Below, one piece after another: positions 30,190 through 43,793 of a DNA stretch of 64,000 nt. Made by a program: the position numbers and the translations under genes. Positions within the stretch are counted from its first letter, which is position 1. Each line of letters begins with the position of its first letter. Location: the NCBI GenBank assembly GCA_964016885.1, contig OZ024743.1:119412001-119476000 (forward strand), in the 5' to 3' direction. The notes under the pieces were generated by a model. It was not told where the DNA came from. It did not search any database and saw nothing but the letters and a program-made list of their open reading frames with translations. The DNA comes from Eledone cirrhosa (taxonomy: Eukaryota).

Positions 30190-30285
30190 CTTTGGTAGGG
30201 TCATGCTGTCAATAAAAACACACGCAACTGTTAGTTTTCACTTCAATTTATTATAAATTTCCGGTTGGCTGGTTGGTTGGTTGCT
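30185..30285 (+). repeat. Dispersed repeat abutting (TA)n; related copies at ~32205-32335 (-) and ~38290-38372 (-)
   Basis: TTATACTTTGG.AGGGTCATG.TG.CAATAA.AACACACGCA..TTTCACTTCAATTTATT..GGTTGGTTGG; possibly solo-LTR-like. Confidence 0.6.
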
Positions 30286-30806
30286 TCGATAACCGGAAGG
30301 TTGTTTATATAATGTCAAAGGTCTTTCGTCATATATTCGTCACACACACACAAATATATATATATATATATATATGAATAAAATTAGAGGGAGAAGACGT
30401 CCGTCATCAGTGATCTTCCAAGCGTCATTGGTATTTCTTCGCATTAACGATCATATACCTCTGGCTGGTGCGAGCAATAACTAAAAAAAGTTATTGGGAC
30501 ACGTAGAATAGGGTGAAGCGAGCGAGACATGTAAACAAATATATATATATATATATATAATTCACAAGAATCAAAGCTATGTTCAAAGCATTTATTCACT
30601 TACAATTGTTTCATCCAAACCTAGGCTTGGAGTCTTCGGAACATTTTTCAATGTTTGTACACATGATTGACCTCCTTTCTATTACATTGAGCTATTTATC
30701 TTACTGGTAATAAGGTAGTAATAAATTACTGACCTTCACTGTTTAGGGTTTAAAATATATATAACTATGAAAAGTTTTAGTATATACATAACCATAAATA
30801 GTATCC

Positions 30807-30845
<39 letters not shown>

Positions 30846-31587
30846 CACATAAACTTAAAAATAACAAAGAGAGGACAAGATAACGAACGAAAAACAATTT
30901 TTGATGGGCATACCACAAACAATTATTTTTAGAAAATACAAATACAAACGAAAGATACAAAACTCCAGGGTCATTGGTCTTTGAAGTAGACTTGGGCAGT
31001 TTCGACCCCTACCAAGGGTACAGCTGGCACACTCGGTGTCACAGCGTCTGACTGAAGCCACACGTTGTCCAGTGGAGTAAGAGACGAGAGACAAAACATT
31101 AATTTATAGCAACGAAACTACAAGTACACATATATTCAGGGCTGCATTTAGACCTTGGGGTGGCTCATACACAAACAAATTAGATTACACAGCAACTCCC
31201 CACCCCCACCCCACCACCACCACCACCACTCCCAATTTTACATAACGACGTTAGCTTGGCGGAAGTAATTGGAATTGAAAAGTTATACATACAGGTATTA
31301 AATTCGAAAATTCTAACCATCCTAAAACTAAAAACCCCAGCTGATGACACAAATAAATTACTACGGCCGTCGATGATGGGACCCCAGTGCAGGGGGCTCG
31401 GGGATATTTCCCCATTCGCCCCCCCCCCCCCGGCATTAATCCTGGTCCGGCATATATCTATACACAGTTTGGTACAAAATTCACAAGGCAATTTCAAAAT
31501 GTAATAACTGTGGACACCAGAATAGGAAGGCATACGCGTTCTCTCAACCCTTTATCAAATGTATAGGTATCTCCGATCGAGATATTG

Positions 31588-31960
31588 AAAATTAGGTTAT
31601 TCAAAGCAACGTTTGAATCCATTCTCCTCTACAGATGTGAGTCATAGTCACTAATAAAAACACTCACAAAGAAGATTAACGGCACATTCATGGGATTTCT
31701 AAGAAAGGTCCTGAACAAATCCTGGAAACCCCCACGTGGCTCTACGGTAAACACACTCACCTTTCTGACATCATAAAGCGTAGGAGGCTCGTATTAGACG
31801 GACAGGTGAAACGTCACAACAAAATTAGTGGTAGAGTTTTTTCTAGAATTATGATGTGTGCAGACGAGGTGAGAGACCAACCATCACACTGAAGGATATT
31901 CTTGAAGGTGACACCTGTTGGAGGAAGGGGACATTCAGAGAGTAATGTTGGACAGGGTGA
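31588..31960 (+). pseudogene. Decayed RTE LINE C-terminal fragment
   Basis: KIRLFKATFESILLYRCES*SL..LRKVLNKSW..LYG..IIKRRRL. Confidence 0.7.
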
Positions 31961-32330
31961 GCTGGCGGAAGAACTCCTATAGTCGAAATCATTATATATA
32001 TATATATAATTATATATATAACATGTAAATAAATAAATAAATAAACAAATAGATAAATGAACATAAACACACACAGACACCCGGATGTGGCGCATGCGCA
32101 AACTGAGCACACAACACACACACAGAAACAAAATGGCGTAGGACAGAACAAAGGAGAGGCACAGAAACAAAGAAAGGAATCCCCAGTCACTGAAGAGGTC
32201 ACAGAGAACCAACCAACCAACCAGAAATTTATAAATTTATAAATTTGTAAATTTATAAATATATAATAAATTGAAGTGAAAGCAACTGGTGCGTGTGTTT
32301 CTTATTGGCAACATGACCCTCCCAAAGTAT

Positions 32331-32420
<90 letters not shown>

Positions 32421-32480
32421 AGGAAATACAAAGTAGTCGAGTTCTCGAATTGAATTACATCAATGTTTACCGTGTATATT

Positions 32481-32515
<35 letters not shown>

Positions 32516-32530
32516 ATGTTATATACATAT

Positions 32531-32725
32531 AACAAAGGAATTGTGGTAAGGAACCAGATGGACCATAACGCACCAGAGTACTCAATACATAGGGTAGTAG
32601 AGTGGGAAATAGGAAAAAGTATGACCCCCGACGGCAGAGTTAAAGCCGTTTCGACGGCTATTTCTGGAATCCAGAAATACCCGTCGAAACGGCTTGAGCT
32701 CTGCCGTCGGGGTCATACTTTTTCC

Positions 32726-32728
<3 letters not shown>
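32531..32728 (+). mobile_element. Hairpin-ended dispersed repeat, copy 2
   Basis: Arms 32609-32668 / 32670-32728 with a 1-nt loop; TA flanks. Confidence 0.85.
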
Positions 32729-32756
<28 letters not shown>

Positions 32757-33399
32757 ACACACATCCGTACCTATCCCACATGCCATTTGATATTCGGCTT
32801 TTCAGCTGTCTATCATTCTTGCCATTTAACATTGCTTTTCTCTCATTACTTTTTGGGGGAGGGGGATAGTTTTTTTTTTGTTTCTTTGTATTGAGTCCTT
32901 TGTTTCTTTACTCACGCCATTCTCCATCCACTCCTTTCTATCCTTGTCATTTACTATCTATTTATCTATCTATCTATCTATCTGTCTATCTATCTATCTA
33001 TCTATCTATATATATATATATATATCTGTCTGTCTCTCTGGCCAGCTAGCTACCTATCTACCTATTTACCTTCCAATCTCCCTATCTATTTACTAATCTA
33101 GTCATATATATGACTTATTTTTATCACTTCTTCCTTTCCTTTTCACTTTCTTTCGTTCATTTTTTTTCTTTCTGTGTTTTTCCTTCTTTTTCTTCTTTAT
33201 ACTTCTTGCTGTTTCTCTAAACATTCACTTCTATATGCCTTTATTCTCATCACTAATTGGAATTTATTGGCACCCTCCATTACGTATGATAGGGAACAAT
33301 ACACTATTAAGTCTTCACACAATTCTTTTGAGCTATCAAAGCCACTTAGTCCTCATCATGAAAAGCCTAAATTGTTCTCCCGTCATTTTAAGATCTTGG

Positions 33400-34350
33400 A
33401 GTTACCTTTAGAGTATGTCTCACTGATGAAGTCTAATGAAACCGAAATATACCCCGAGTTGTCCCAATAATTGTTAACGATCGGGCTCATTTCTCACTGC
33501 ATTCCATATTTAATAGATTTAATTAATTAAAATATTGATGGTACCTTGATTGCTTTTTTGACAAATGTTAGTCAAATTGACAACTGTAAAATTTTATTTA
33601 AACTTATTTTCCCTATTTACTATTACATTTGCGTAATAGGGAAGACTATAGAGAGAGAATGAAAGAGTATTGTGATGAAAATTACCTGATGTTCTCAAAA
33701 TTGACTGCGAAGCAATTCCACCAACAAGCCTATGTACCCAGCAAAATTACCCGGCATCATCAACCACGAAACCTACACAAATATCAGTGGCTTAATAGAT
33801 AATTCTCTCGAGGTTGTTAGGATCACATGGCAGGATCAAACAAAGAACCCAGAACAATAACAATGTGAGGCAACTAAATGGACAGACAATAAGCACGTAC
33901 AAGCATATAAATATGAGTGGAGATTATAAACTACAGCTACATTAAATCAAAATTTACGGAACTCTTCACAATTTACACCGACAAACAAGTTAAGACACGG
34001 TTCGGTAGAAGGTTTTGTGACTTAAGTTTAGCTGTGATCTATGAAACTGCTAACAATATCTAGTACAGATTGAATCTCTCAGCTTTTACACATTGAATGT
34101 CCTACTGTATTTTGTTTCAGAAACCATTTGCCAACCGATGGGAGCACCAGGATCGACCAGAATGAAAATACATAACCGAAATAGATCATATCTCATCAAA
34201 GGAAAACTGGTAACCTATTGTAAAACATCAGAAAACTGGTTACAACCTTCAGGTGCAAAGTGAATAATAAATTCATGAATCGCCAGCTGCAACTGTACAT
34301 TGGACTATACAAATTATATGGGAGCTGAATAGTATTTGACATGGCATCTA
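33400..34350 (+). pseudogene. Possible old Penelope-like remnant
   Basis: FRCKVNNK..C.LYIG-like GIY-YIG trace at ~34248-34305, and a degenerate CTGATGA..GAAA at 33423-33447. Confidence 0.3.
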
Positions 34351-34391
34351 TATAAAAATTTGAGCGACTTTCGTCCGTCCTTTCGTCACAC

Positions 34392-34503
34392 ACTAGAGAT
34401 GACTGAGGAAGGAAGTGATGATGACGTCACTTACTAGAGATGATTGAGGAAGGAAGGGGTGATGACGTCACGGACTAGAGATGATTGGGGAAGGGGTGAT
34501 GAC
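34392..34503. repeat. 41-bp tandem repeat (about 2.7 copies) with TGACGTCA
   Basis: Units start at 34392, 34433 and 34474; TGACGTCA at 34422-29 and 34463-70. Confidence 0.85.
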
Positions 34504-35106
34504 AAACTACAGAAAACAGCGTCTAACATTCACTGGTGCAGGCTTCTACCACTGGCTACCTCATACTACCCCTCTCTCTACGTTTGATAATGCAAGCTGC
34601 TACCACACATATACACATAGGCGTTAACGTGTTAAAATAAATCTTAGTAACATATATGGCAGAGATTGTGGGAGTGGACCTGTTTATAAGTTGAAGTGGG
34701 CAGGCAGCATGTAGGATCAGCTATTGCAGTTCGTGTTAGCAGATATATACATTAATACATAAATATAAGTGTGACAACAACAAAAATAAAATTTATTAAA
34801 AAAATCATTACATTTTTTAACAATTTTTTGTAGATATTTCATAAATTGTCGTTAAAACATCAAAATGAAAATTTACGCTACCCTTGCCTCTTCCTACAGC
34901 TTGCCAACAGATATTTTATTGGTAGTAAAAAACAAAAAGTGGTCATCCCCAACAGGTGTCGAATACAAAATAAAAAACAGAAAACAAAACAAACATCAAA
35001 ACACAAATAAAATTATGCGACAAATCTTTACTTTTATATTTTAGGTATTTCTCTCTTTTCTTTTTTGTTAAACTGGTAGTTGGTTTCAATATTATTGTAT
35101 AAGTAA

Positions 35107-35325
35107 GGGCGGCGGATTAGCAATATCGGTAGAGCATCGGATACTATGCTTTGCAGCACAGAGTTATGTCCCTTTACGTTCTGATTTCAAATCCCACTAA
35201 GGTTACCTTTGCCTTTCATTTTTATGGGGTCGATAAAATAAAGTACCAGTAATGCACTTGGTTGGATTTAATCGACTTTTCCCTCTCCCCAAATTACTGG
35301 CCTTGTACCTATAGGAAAATCATTA
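35107..35325 (+). mobile_element. tRNA SINE, full length (longer variant)
   Basis: A-box- and B-box-like motifs and family body; ATTATTGT.TAA flanks. Confidence 0.85.
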
Positions 35326-35463
35326 TTATTGTGTAAATGCAGGTGACGCAAATTAATGATGAAAGGAATTACAGCTATTCCATGTTTGTTAATTTGTTGT
35401 TGATTCTCTTTTAAGGCTCACTGCATCTTGAGTGGTATTATTGCACGAGAATTATTGCACGAG

Positions 35464-35650
35464 GGCGCTGGATTGGCAGTATCGGTAGAGGGTCGGACGC
35501 CATACTTTCCAGCATAATTACGTCCCTTTATGATCTAAGTTCAAATCCCGCCGAGGTTAACTTTGCCTTTCATCCTTACGGGGTCGATAAAATAAAGTAC
35601 CAGTAATGCACTGGGATAATTGCTGGCCTTGTGCCTAAAGTAGAAACAAT
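35464..35650 (+). mobile_element. tRNA SINE, full length, 14-bp TSD
   Basis: A box TGGCAGTATCGG, B box GTTCAAATCC; AATTATTGCACGAG at 35450-63 and 35648-61. Confidence 0.9.
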
Positions 35651-35719
35651 TATTGCACGAGAATGGGATGCCAGATAGAGAGAAGGGCGGACGGACAACA
35701 ATAGGGTTTCGAGGAATAA

Positions 35720-35892
35720 ATAATTATTTCTACTTTTGGCCAGCAATTATCCAAGTGCATTACTGATGCTTTATTTTATCGACCCCTTAAGGATGAAAGG
35801 CAAAGTTAACCTCGGCGGGATTTGAACTCAAACCGCAAAGGGCCGTAACTCTATGCTGCAAATCATGGGGTTCGACCCCTACCGATACTGCC
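35720..35892 (-). mobile_element. tRNA SINE
   Basis: Family match; inverted relative to the 35464 copy ~70 bp away. Confidence 0.85.
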
Positions 35893-37732
35893 AGGTCAGT
35901 TCTTTGAACAGTACTCACACGAGGATGCGCCTGAGCCAGACTATTATCGTACCAACGGAAAGATATGTAAAGGAAACGTGGAATATGACTGCCTGGAGCA
36001 CTCAAATGCTGTATATATCCTATCAACTGCGTCTGTGTTGAGGGCATTAAGATTATATACAAGGACCAATTCAGTAACAACAAAGTCACGAGGAGAGGCA
36101 AACTGGGTAGACAGCAGAAAATTGTGGCGTTTAAGACATATATCCAGAATGCTATAATTAAATATTTTTCAAGTTGTTTGGGCTCACTTTTTTCAATTTT
36201 ATGGATTGTTATTTTCAGTTTTATAACCCAAACGCATTTTTAGTCTCTCTTTGGTATGTCATATGTGTGTATGTATGTATATAACGATGGATGAATGGTT
36301 GTGTATGTGTACGCGCAGGGCCATATTTAGACCTTTGGGACCCAAGGCAGTTCAGGTTTGGGGGGCATGGCTGTTCCTAGAGGGGAGCACTGTTTGACAA
36401 GGGTTGCCCAGGACTTTCACCTCCTCCACTTCCCGAAAAATCCGGCCCTCTGTACGTGTAAATGCCATGGAGTTTCTTAAAAGCGTTGACCATTCGTTCA
36501 AACAACAGAAGCAGCAGCCAAATCTCCTTCACAACAAAACCCCTGTCTGAATAAACGAGAGGCACTTTGGACAAATAAATTCTCAAAAAACAAAACGACA
36601 GAATGATCACAACTTGAATTCCTTTTATCATAGGCCTGATCAATTTGAAGTATCTTTAGGCTTATTTAGAACAAGGCTGAAGATAAAACTAATAAAATAG
36701 TTTAAAATGCTAACAGAAATCACACTACGTTACCGTCAAAACAGAAGATATCTCAGAAATCGTAGTATTTGATATAGAAAAGGGCGGATGTAAGATTTTC
36801 ATAGTAGATCTATTGAAACTAAGAATAACTAAGCAAATTGGCTCAAATGAAATATCCTCCAGCCTTAAAATGGAACGTCATCATATACATACATTTATAC
36901 ACACACACACATACACACATACGCACACAGCAACACATACACATATGCATAGATACACAGACACAGATACACACACATACACACACACACACATATATAC
37001 ACACACACACACGCAGCGGCGACGCTTGTCGAATCACTCGATGCTGTTACTGTGTCCGTCTCTCGCTGAGCTCTGCTCCAAGTTTATGGCGGCTGTATTT
37101 TGCAGTGTTTATATAAAGTGACAATAAGAATTGCAGCTTTTTGTAAACTTTATTGCATTTTACAATTTGTTTCCATATCGGTCAGCTCGTGTGTCATCGT
37201 GTGATCGGATCCTGACTCTTAATCATATCTGAAGAAGTGTCGTTTAGCAAAAAGGCTGGAGTTTGGAATATGTTTGTGACGAAATTCCAGAGCATTCAGC
37301 TAGTAGAACAAAATACGCATATAGGGAAAAAGAAACACCGAAACAGTAGAGTAGAAAAACCGTAAACCCGCATACACACTAACAAGTAGGCATAATCATG
37401 AATACATAGACTGACACATGCCTACGTGTATATGGACCAATATGCTGTCTTTCTAATAACACACACCTGGTTACTTTGCATCGTGTGAAGGTGTTTGCTG
37501 TTACACTCGATAGAAAGAAGTAGTAGGTAGGATAGTAAGCAGAATGTCATGCCTTAGTTATTAGGTTTAGTTGTAGCGATAGGCGAGAGTAGGTAGAGAT
37601 TGGGTGGGGGAAACGTAGTGGTAATGTTGCTAGAACAGGTCGACAATGGAGAAAAATGAAGCAGTGAAAAGTAAGAAGAGATGAAGAAAGATGAAAGTGA
37701 ATGAATGACCCATTGGAGTTCGAGAACGGGAT

Positions 37733-37822
37733 GAAGAAGAAGAAGAAGAAGAAGAAGAAGAAGAAGAAGAAGAAGAAGAAGAAGAAGAAGAAGAAGAAGA
37801 AGAAGAAGAAGAAGAAGAAGAA

Positions 37823-37856
<34 letters not shown>
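37733..37856. repeat. (GAA)n-(GAT)n compound microsatellite; a second (GAA)n lies at ~38626-38686
   Basis: Read directly from the sequence. Confidence 0.95.
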
Positions 37857-37971
37857 TATGACAATGTACATCAGAGGGTCTCAAAGTAGGGTGTTCAGAA
37901 GGTTCAGGAGTGATAGAGATGATACAATAGTAAATTAAATATAAAATGATACACACATATATATATATATA

Positions 37972-38006
<35 letters not shown>

Positions 38007-38007
38007 A

Positions 38008-38045
<38 letters not shown>

Positions 38046-39107
38046 CTTTGCGAGGTTTTTTATATGAAATCGAGTGTCGAAATAAATATTGTTAGAAAAT
38101 ACAATGCAACGGGAGGAAACAATAGCACCACTGACGATGTTGCAGATGTGCAACGAAAGAACTTTGATAAACTATATATATGTGCTTGTGTTTATATTGT
38201 ATCTGTGTTTTTGAGCGTTGGTCAGTCAATGGCAACATTGAGGACCGAATAATTTAAATTACCGATATAAAAGACACAGAAGAGAAAAGCGAAAACCAAC
38301 CAAACAGTGAATGTGTTCTGTTATAAATTCTGGCAATATTACACAAATATGACCCTACCCAAGTATAACAATATATATATAGTAAAATAAAAAATATATA
38401 TTTATTTATACATAGTATATATTACATTGTTTATTATAAATAATTTGATGTGTTTTTTTCATTGTATATTATTTACAATTTGCGTGTAGACAGGTCTCCC
38501 TGGAAATAGGGGAGAGAGCGCTGAGGGTATTACGTGACCGTGGGGGTGGGTGGTGGCCCAAAAAGTTTGAGAACCCTTGATGTACATTATGGACTGGAAC
38601 TACATTGTTTTCAACAATGATTGGAGAAGAAGAAGAAGAAGAAGAAGAAGAAGAAGAAGAAGAAGAAGAAGAAGAAGAAGAAGAAGAGTGGGACAAGATA
38701 ATGTGGAGACGGAAGGATAGATTTGGAAAAGAACCGAAAGGTGTGTTGCGATGTAAAAAGAGAGGTGTGTGAGGTTTGAGAAAATGGGACATCAGATGTA
38801 TGAAGAGGGTCGTTATCATTGTTTTTGTTGCTATTTAAACCCACCAATCCTAATTGAGCAGACGTAAACCTACGACATTATCTAAAATGTCCTTTTCTAT
38901 GACAGGGAAGTAGGAATCGCAGAAAATGTGATAACTATATCTAACAGATAGCGAAATTGACACAATTGGTAAAGCAGCGAATTAAATGCATTAATATATG
39001 TTCCCGTACTTTGCACCTTTAGTTCAAATCGCAAAATCCATTGTCCATAAATAAATTCCTAGTGTGGTTGTGGATTGATGGAATAATTAAAGAATTGGGT
39101 TTTGCAG

Positions 39108-39168
39108 AACCTGTTCCAATTCGGGGCGTTCTGATATAGAATTTCGTCTCGATGATGCAAAATCGGAG
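39108..39168 (+). other. Candidate 61-nt host exon
   Basis: ttttgcag acceptor, consensus GAG|GTAAGT donor, and a single open frame TCSNSGRSDIEFRLDDAKSE. Confidence 0.25.
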
Positions 39169-39934
39169 GTAAGTAGAGATGCCAAATAGATGGTAAATAG
39201 TGGAAATGGTAAGAACAGTGGAAACATAAATTCTTTGATCCAAACTGAGGATCGGTTCTGTTTTTTTTTCTCTCTAATAGATCGAACAATCTGCTAAATG
39301 TAAGAGAACGGGCATGAGGAGGATGAGGGTTAGAAGAAGGGGAGGGAGTGAGCAGGAGGAGCGATATGAAGGGGAGGGAAAGATAAAAATCTAGCAAGAG
39401 AGATGAGAAAATTACTTTAAAGGGAGAAGTAACATAAAATGTGATAGGAAGTAGAGAAGAATAAATGTAACTATACCCCGTACTTTAGCCTTACTTGTGA
39501 CCTGATGAAGTAGATCTATGATCAAAGGTGCTCAACAATGACATTTTGTATATCAATATCGTAGTATCTAATAAATGTAGAATCAACTAATATTATCCAA
39601 AAAATTAATAGACAAAAATGCATAATAGTTTTTAAAGTAAAAGCATATAACTAAAATAAGATTAGGTGATCCGAATCATTGACCAAAATAAACAAAGCGA
39701 ATTGAAATTAATCGTTAAATTCAACTGACGAAAGTAGTGGGCTTTTTGGAGAATTGAAAAGCAAATTTGAATTCTAACTACTTGAACTCAGACGCAAAGA
39801 GATATCAGTGTGATTATACTTGGTCACTCGATATCCGCTAAATAGCAGCCAAATTCACTCAGATGAACACCTCATACAATATTGTCTTTGAATCCTCTAA
39901 AGAGACGGGATATTAGATGATATTATAACCTTAG

Positions 39935-40055
39935 GCATTCTGAGTTCAAATCCCGCCAAGGTTAACTTTACCTTTCATCCTTACGGGGTCGATAAAATAA
40001 AGTAATAGTAATACACTGGGTGATTGCTGGTCTTGTACCAAAAGTAGAAACACTT
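39935..40055 (+). mobile_element. tRNA SINE, 5'-truncated
   Basis: B box to 3' end; TTATAACCTTAG repeated on both sides. Confidence 0.85.
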
Positions 40056-40121
40056 ATAACCTTAGTCAATGACCTGCTCAATCAAAGATAATCCGGGGCT
40101 AAGGAACAATGACTACTATAT

Positions 40122-40183
<62 letters not shown>

Positions 40184-41129
40184 GTAGCCCCATATTATCC
40201 GTCAGCAAGCAAACCGTTGATAAAAACTTTCCGGCTAACCCAGTCCTAATGATGTTATTAGTAGTGGTAATTGTGGTGGTTTTGATTTAGCTGCGGGTTG
40301 GTCCTGGTTGAGCAGTCCTATAATTAAAAGGCGCTCTAGTGGTGATTGGCCGGTTTATTTAGACTACATTACATAATATGACATTCCGTAGCTGATGTAC
40401 AATGAGTATATAGAAGCGCCCAGCCTCATGCCAATTTTAGGTGACCAAACGTATGATGAAACACTATCGTTAATATTCCGACTTTTGTTTTCTTCATTTA
40501 TGATACATTTTCACTCCAGCCTGGTGCATGTGTCTTTAGCGGATTCCATCCTGTGATAAGCAATCAGGCTAGATCTTTGGTTTGAGGATATATCGTTCAT
40601 CCTACCATAAATCTCAGAGTGTCTGAAATGTGTCATGAGCACTAGCCTTCCTTCTCTAAATAAATGCATAAATAAATGAATAATATATATATAAAACTTA
40701 TTGTATGTCCAATTTTAAAAACGACAGTCTGTGAAAATTGAGATAGATTTGGCAGTTATTTCTAGTAGGACGAATGATTATGTGGAGGGTCTCCCATTGA
40801 CTCGAAGCATTTTACGATTGATAGTATGGTTTTATTTAACAAGATTATTCCGTGGACTTACTTAACAAAATCTCATGTGATCTTATGCGATCTTTATTAA
40901 AAGGAATCGGATTGGTTGTAGAAGACAAAAAACTTACCGAGTTACCGAATATGTGTAGCAGTAAGAGGTATTGCGTCGTTGTTGAATAACCTTCCACACA
41001 TAAGAATAGATGTAAACATACACATACATGCACACCAAGTCCGAACACAGGGGAGCCGAACTCCTACTGTCACCGTCTCCATCTCTCTTGCTCTCCTCAT
41101 CTTTCACTATTATGAGCAAATGGGATCCC

Positions 41130-41390
41130 ACGCATTGACCTACCACAGCCCCGTTGGACAGAATAGAGAAGTCATTTCTCCGGAGGTTGGTAAGGGAGAT
41201 GCGCTGAAAAAGCCATCCCACGAGGCTCACACCTGCGGTTAGCCAGTTCAGCGCCTATGGTGGTGAGTAGCGAAGGAAGAGCACCAGAAGTCTCCACTGC
41301 TAGGGGCAAACCTATCGGAGAGCGATCGATACTTGGAAAGTTTACCCTCCTCAGCTCGAAGTGCAGCAGAGCCTGGGTTACTCGCAGACT
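41130..41390 (-). mobile_element. Decayed fragment of the same CRE-like family as 1-1286
   Basis: The reverse complement matches ~1000-1270 (PLAVETSG, IGAELA, RCEPR, QRISL). Confidence 0.8.
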
Positions 41391-41495
41391 ATTTTATATT
41401 GATGTCATGAAATTATTACATTGTTTCTTTCACCTAAATAGAATATACAAGCATCTTGAAAAACACACTCACGCGCGTACATGTATATATATATA

Positions 41496-42076
41496 TGTGA
41501 AGCGAAACCGTCGGTAATAGCATTTTGGATAGGTAAATATTTAAATAGTATTTTAATTTATTTAAAAGATTGTTTAATGTTTACTTGTTCCACTCATCTC
41601 AATTTTATAGTTCTAGTATCTAAAATTAATACCATTGAACAACAAATGTATTATAGACACCCTATATATTTCCGTGGGTACTTAGTACCTGTGGGGATAT
41701 TAATCTCATTTTATGTATATTCTCCCATGTGTAGAGAAGAAAGCGTTGTATCTTGCTGCTATTTTTAGTGGCGTGGCAAACAACACGTCTATAATATTAC
41801 CGCTTTAACTAACGACCAGTTTATGTGTGGGTCACTTTAACGGCCTGACCTCATACTAGCTGGCAGTAGGCGATATATTTACAAACTGTGAGACTTTACG
41901 TCCTATAGAATGGAAATAGCTATCTGAAGAGCTGATCTTTCCGTTGGAAATTCTCTGGATTTCCAATCTTTTGTGAAGCGAAACCGTCGGTAATAGCATT
42001 TTGGATAGGTAAATATTTAAATCGTATTTTAATTTATTTAAAAGATTGTTTAATGTTTACTTGTTCCGCTCATCTC

Positions 42077-42080
<4 letters not shown>
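41496..42080 (+). mobile_element. Non-coding retrozyme-like element: 476-nt monomer plus 109-nt terminal redundancy, inserted in (TA)n
   Basis: Direct repeat 41496-41604 / 41972-42080 begins inside the hammerhead; TA tracts on both sides. Confidence 0.8.
41919..41997 (+). ncRNA. Type I hammerhead ribozyme
   Basis: gctat-CTGAAGA(41924-30)-gct..ttggaaat/atttccaa..agc-GAAA(41980-83)-cc gtc gg-TA-atagc. Confidence 0.85.
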
Positions 42081-42110
<30 letters not shown>

Positions 42111-42126
42111 GTACATACATACATAT

Positions 42127-42248
<122 letters not shown>

Positions 42249-42404
42249 ATGTATGTATGTATGTATGTATGTATGTATGTATGTATGTGTGTGCTGTGTG
42301 TGTGTGAGTCAATTAATAATTGAAGCATAAGCTACGAACGTCAAACGATATTGAGTTAACTATTACAACAGTAATAACAACAACAAAAAGAACAACAACA
42401 ATAA

Positions 42405-42548
42405 CTGGCACAAGGCCAGCAATTATCTCAGTGCATTACTGGTACTTTATTTTATCGACCCCGTAAGGATGAAAGCCAAAGTAATCCTCGGCGGGAGTTG
42501 AACTCTGTCCATAAAGGGCCGTAACTCTTTGCTGCAAAACATGGCGTC
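42405..42548 (-). mobile_element. tRNA SINE
   Basis: Family match. Confidence 0.8.
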
Positions 42549-42934
42549 AAAACCACCACCACCACCAAATACCAGTGTTGTATTGGCAACAGAAATTACT
42601 TCAATGAATAAAACCGATTATATATGCTGGAAAATGTACTATAATAATAGCAAAAATAAAAAATAGAAATATAAGTATAAACACAAATAAAAAATGAATG
42701 ATAAAAAAGGGTATAACAACAGCAACAATAGAACACCAAAGAACGCCAAGAGACAACAGTGACAGTAATATAACAATAAAGACTACAACTGACACAAATG
42801 CTATAACGCCATTAAATACTGGGCGTCGACATTGGAAGAGTTTTAATTTTGGTTCGTAAATGTTTATAGAGCCTTCGCTTGAATTCAGTTGAAATATATC
42901 TAATGTGTATAGAAACCAGACGTTCAATCCAATG

Positions 42935-43717
42935 TTACGTTTTAAATGGGACACGTTGACACGAATATATTTCTGCATGATATATGCATGTTTGCATAGG
43001 ATTATATATGAATCGTTAGAGCGTCTGGCACCCTGCTTCGCAGCATACAGTTACGTCCCGTTATGTTTCTGAGTTCAAATCCTGCCGAGGTTAACTTTGC
43101 ATTTCATCCTTATGGGGTCGGTAAAATAAAGTACCAGTAATGCACTGGTGCCAAAAGTAGAAACAATTATGTATATTCGCTCGAGTCTTGAATAATCGAT
43201 CTCCACCCATGGTGCTTTTTCCAGATTTTTTCACCCCACCCCCACATATTTTGCTAATCTATTTACAGCGAAATTCTATTTTAAGGGGCAGCTTTCCTGC
43301 ACCAATTAATTTTCTTTAGACATTTAAAAACATTATATATGACAAAAAAGACATTACTAGAGATCCCATACGTTATAAAATAAATAGGATGGGTTGGGGC
43401 CTCCATGTAAACTAAACGACTAATTCTGGGTTTTCAAAAAATGAATGAAGACAACCTAGAAAAATTACCGATTTTCCAAGCATCATGCTTATTCCACCCC
43501 CACCCCTATACATAAATATATATATATTAATTCCAGAGTCGGGTGCGATTGACACATATCGAACCTTGAGCTGATCAATCGCGAAAGACGCGTCACATTT
43601 CAATAAATGTAATGATAATTTGACACCTCATCCATATTATATATACATATATATACTATGCAAACATGCATATAGTATGCGGGAATATATTCTTTTGAAC
43701 GTGTCCCATTTAAAACG

Positions 43718-43720
<3 letters not shown>
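42935..43720. repeat. ~65-bp inverted repeats bracketing ~650 bp that includes a SINE
   Basis: TTACGTTTTAAATGGGACACGTT..ATGCATGTTTGCATAG (42935-42999) versus 43656-43720. Confidence 0.75.
43013..43170 (+). mobile_element. tRNA SINE
   Basis: Family match with an internal deletion. Confidence 0.8.

Positions 43721-43788
<68 letters not shown>

Positions 43789-43793
<5 letters not shown>

Noticed and set aside
30594-30645. Minus-strand HHR-like CCGAAGA..GAAA-CAATTG-TA (similar trace at ~57930-57970)
   Set aside because: The core is mutated and stem I does not pair; at most a relic, so it was not counted.
35464-35560. tRNA gene
   Set aside because: The A and B boxes belong to a multi-copy SINE with a TSD; no cloverleaf is evident.
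37547-37956. Poly-K/F/L/S ORFs
   Set aside because: Translations of (GAA)n/(GAT)n.
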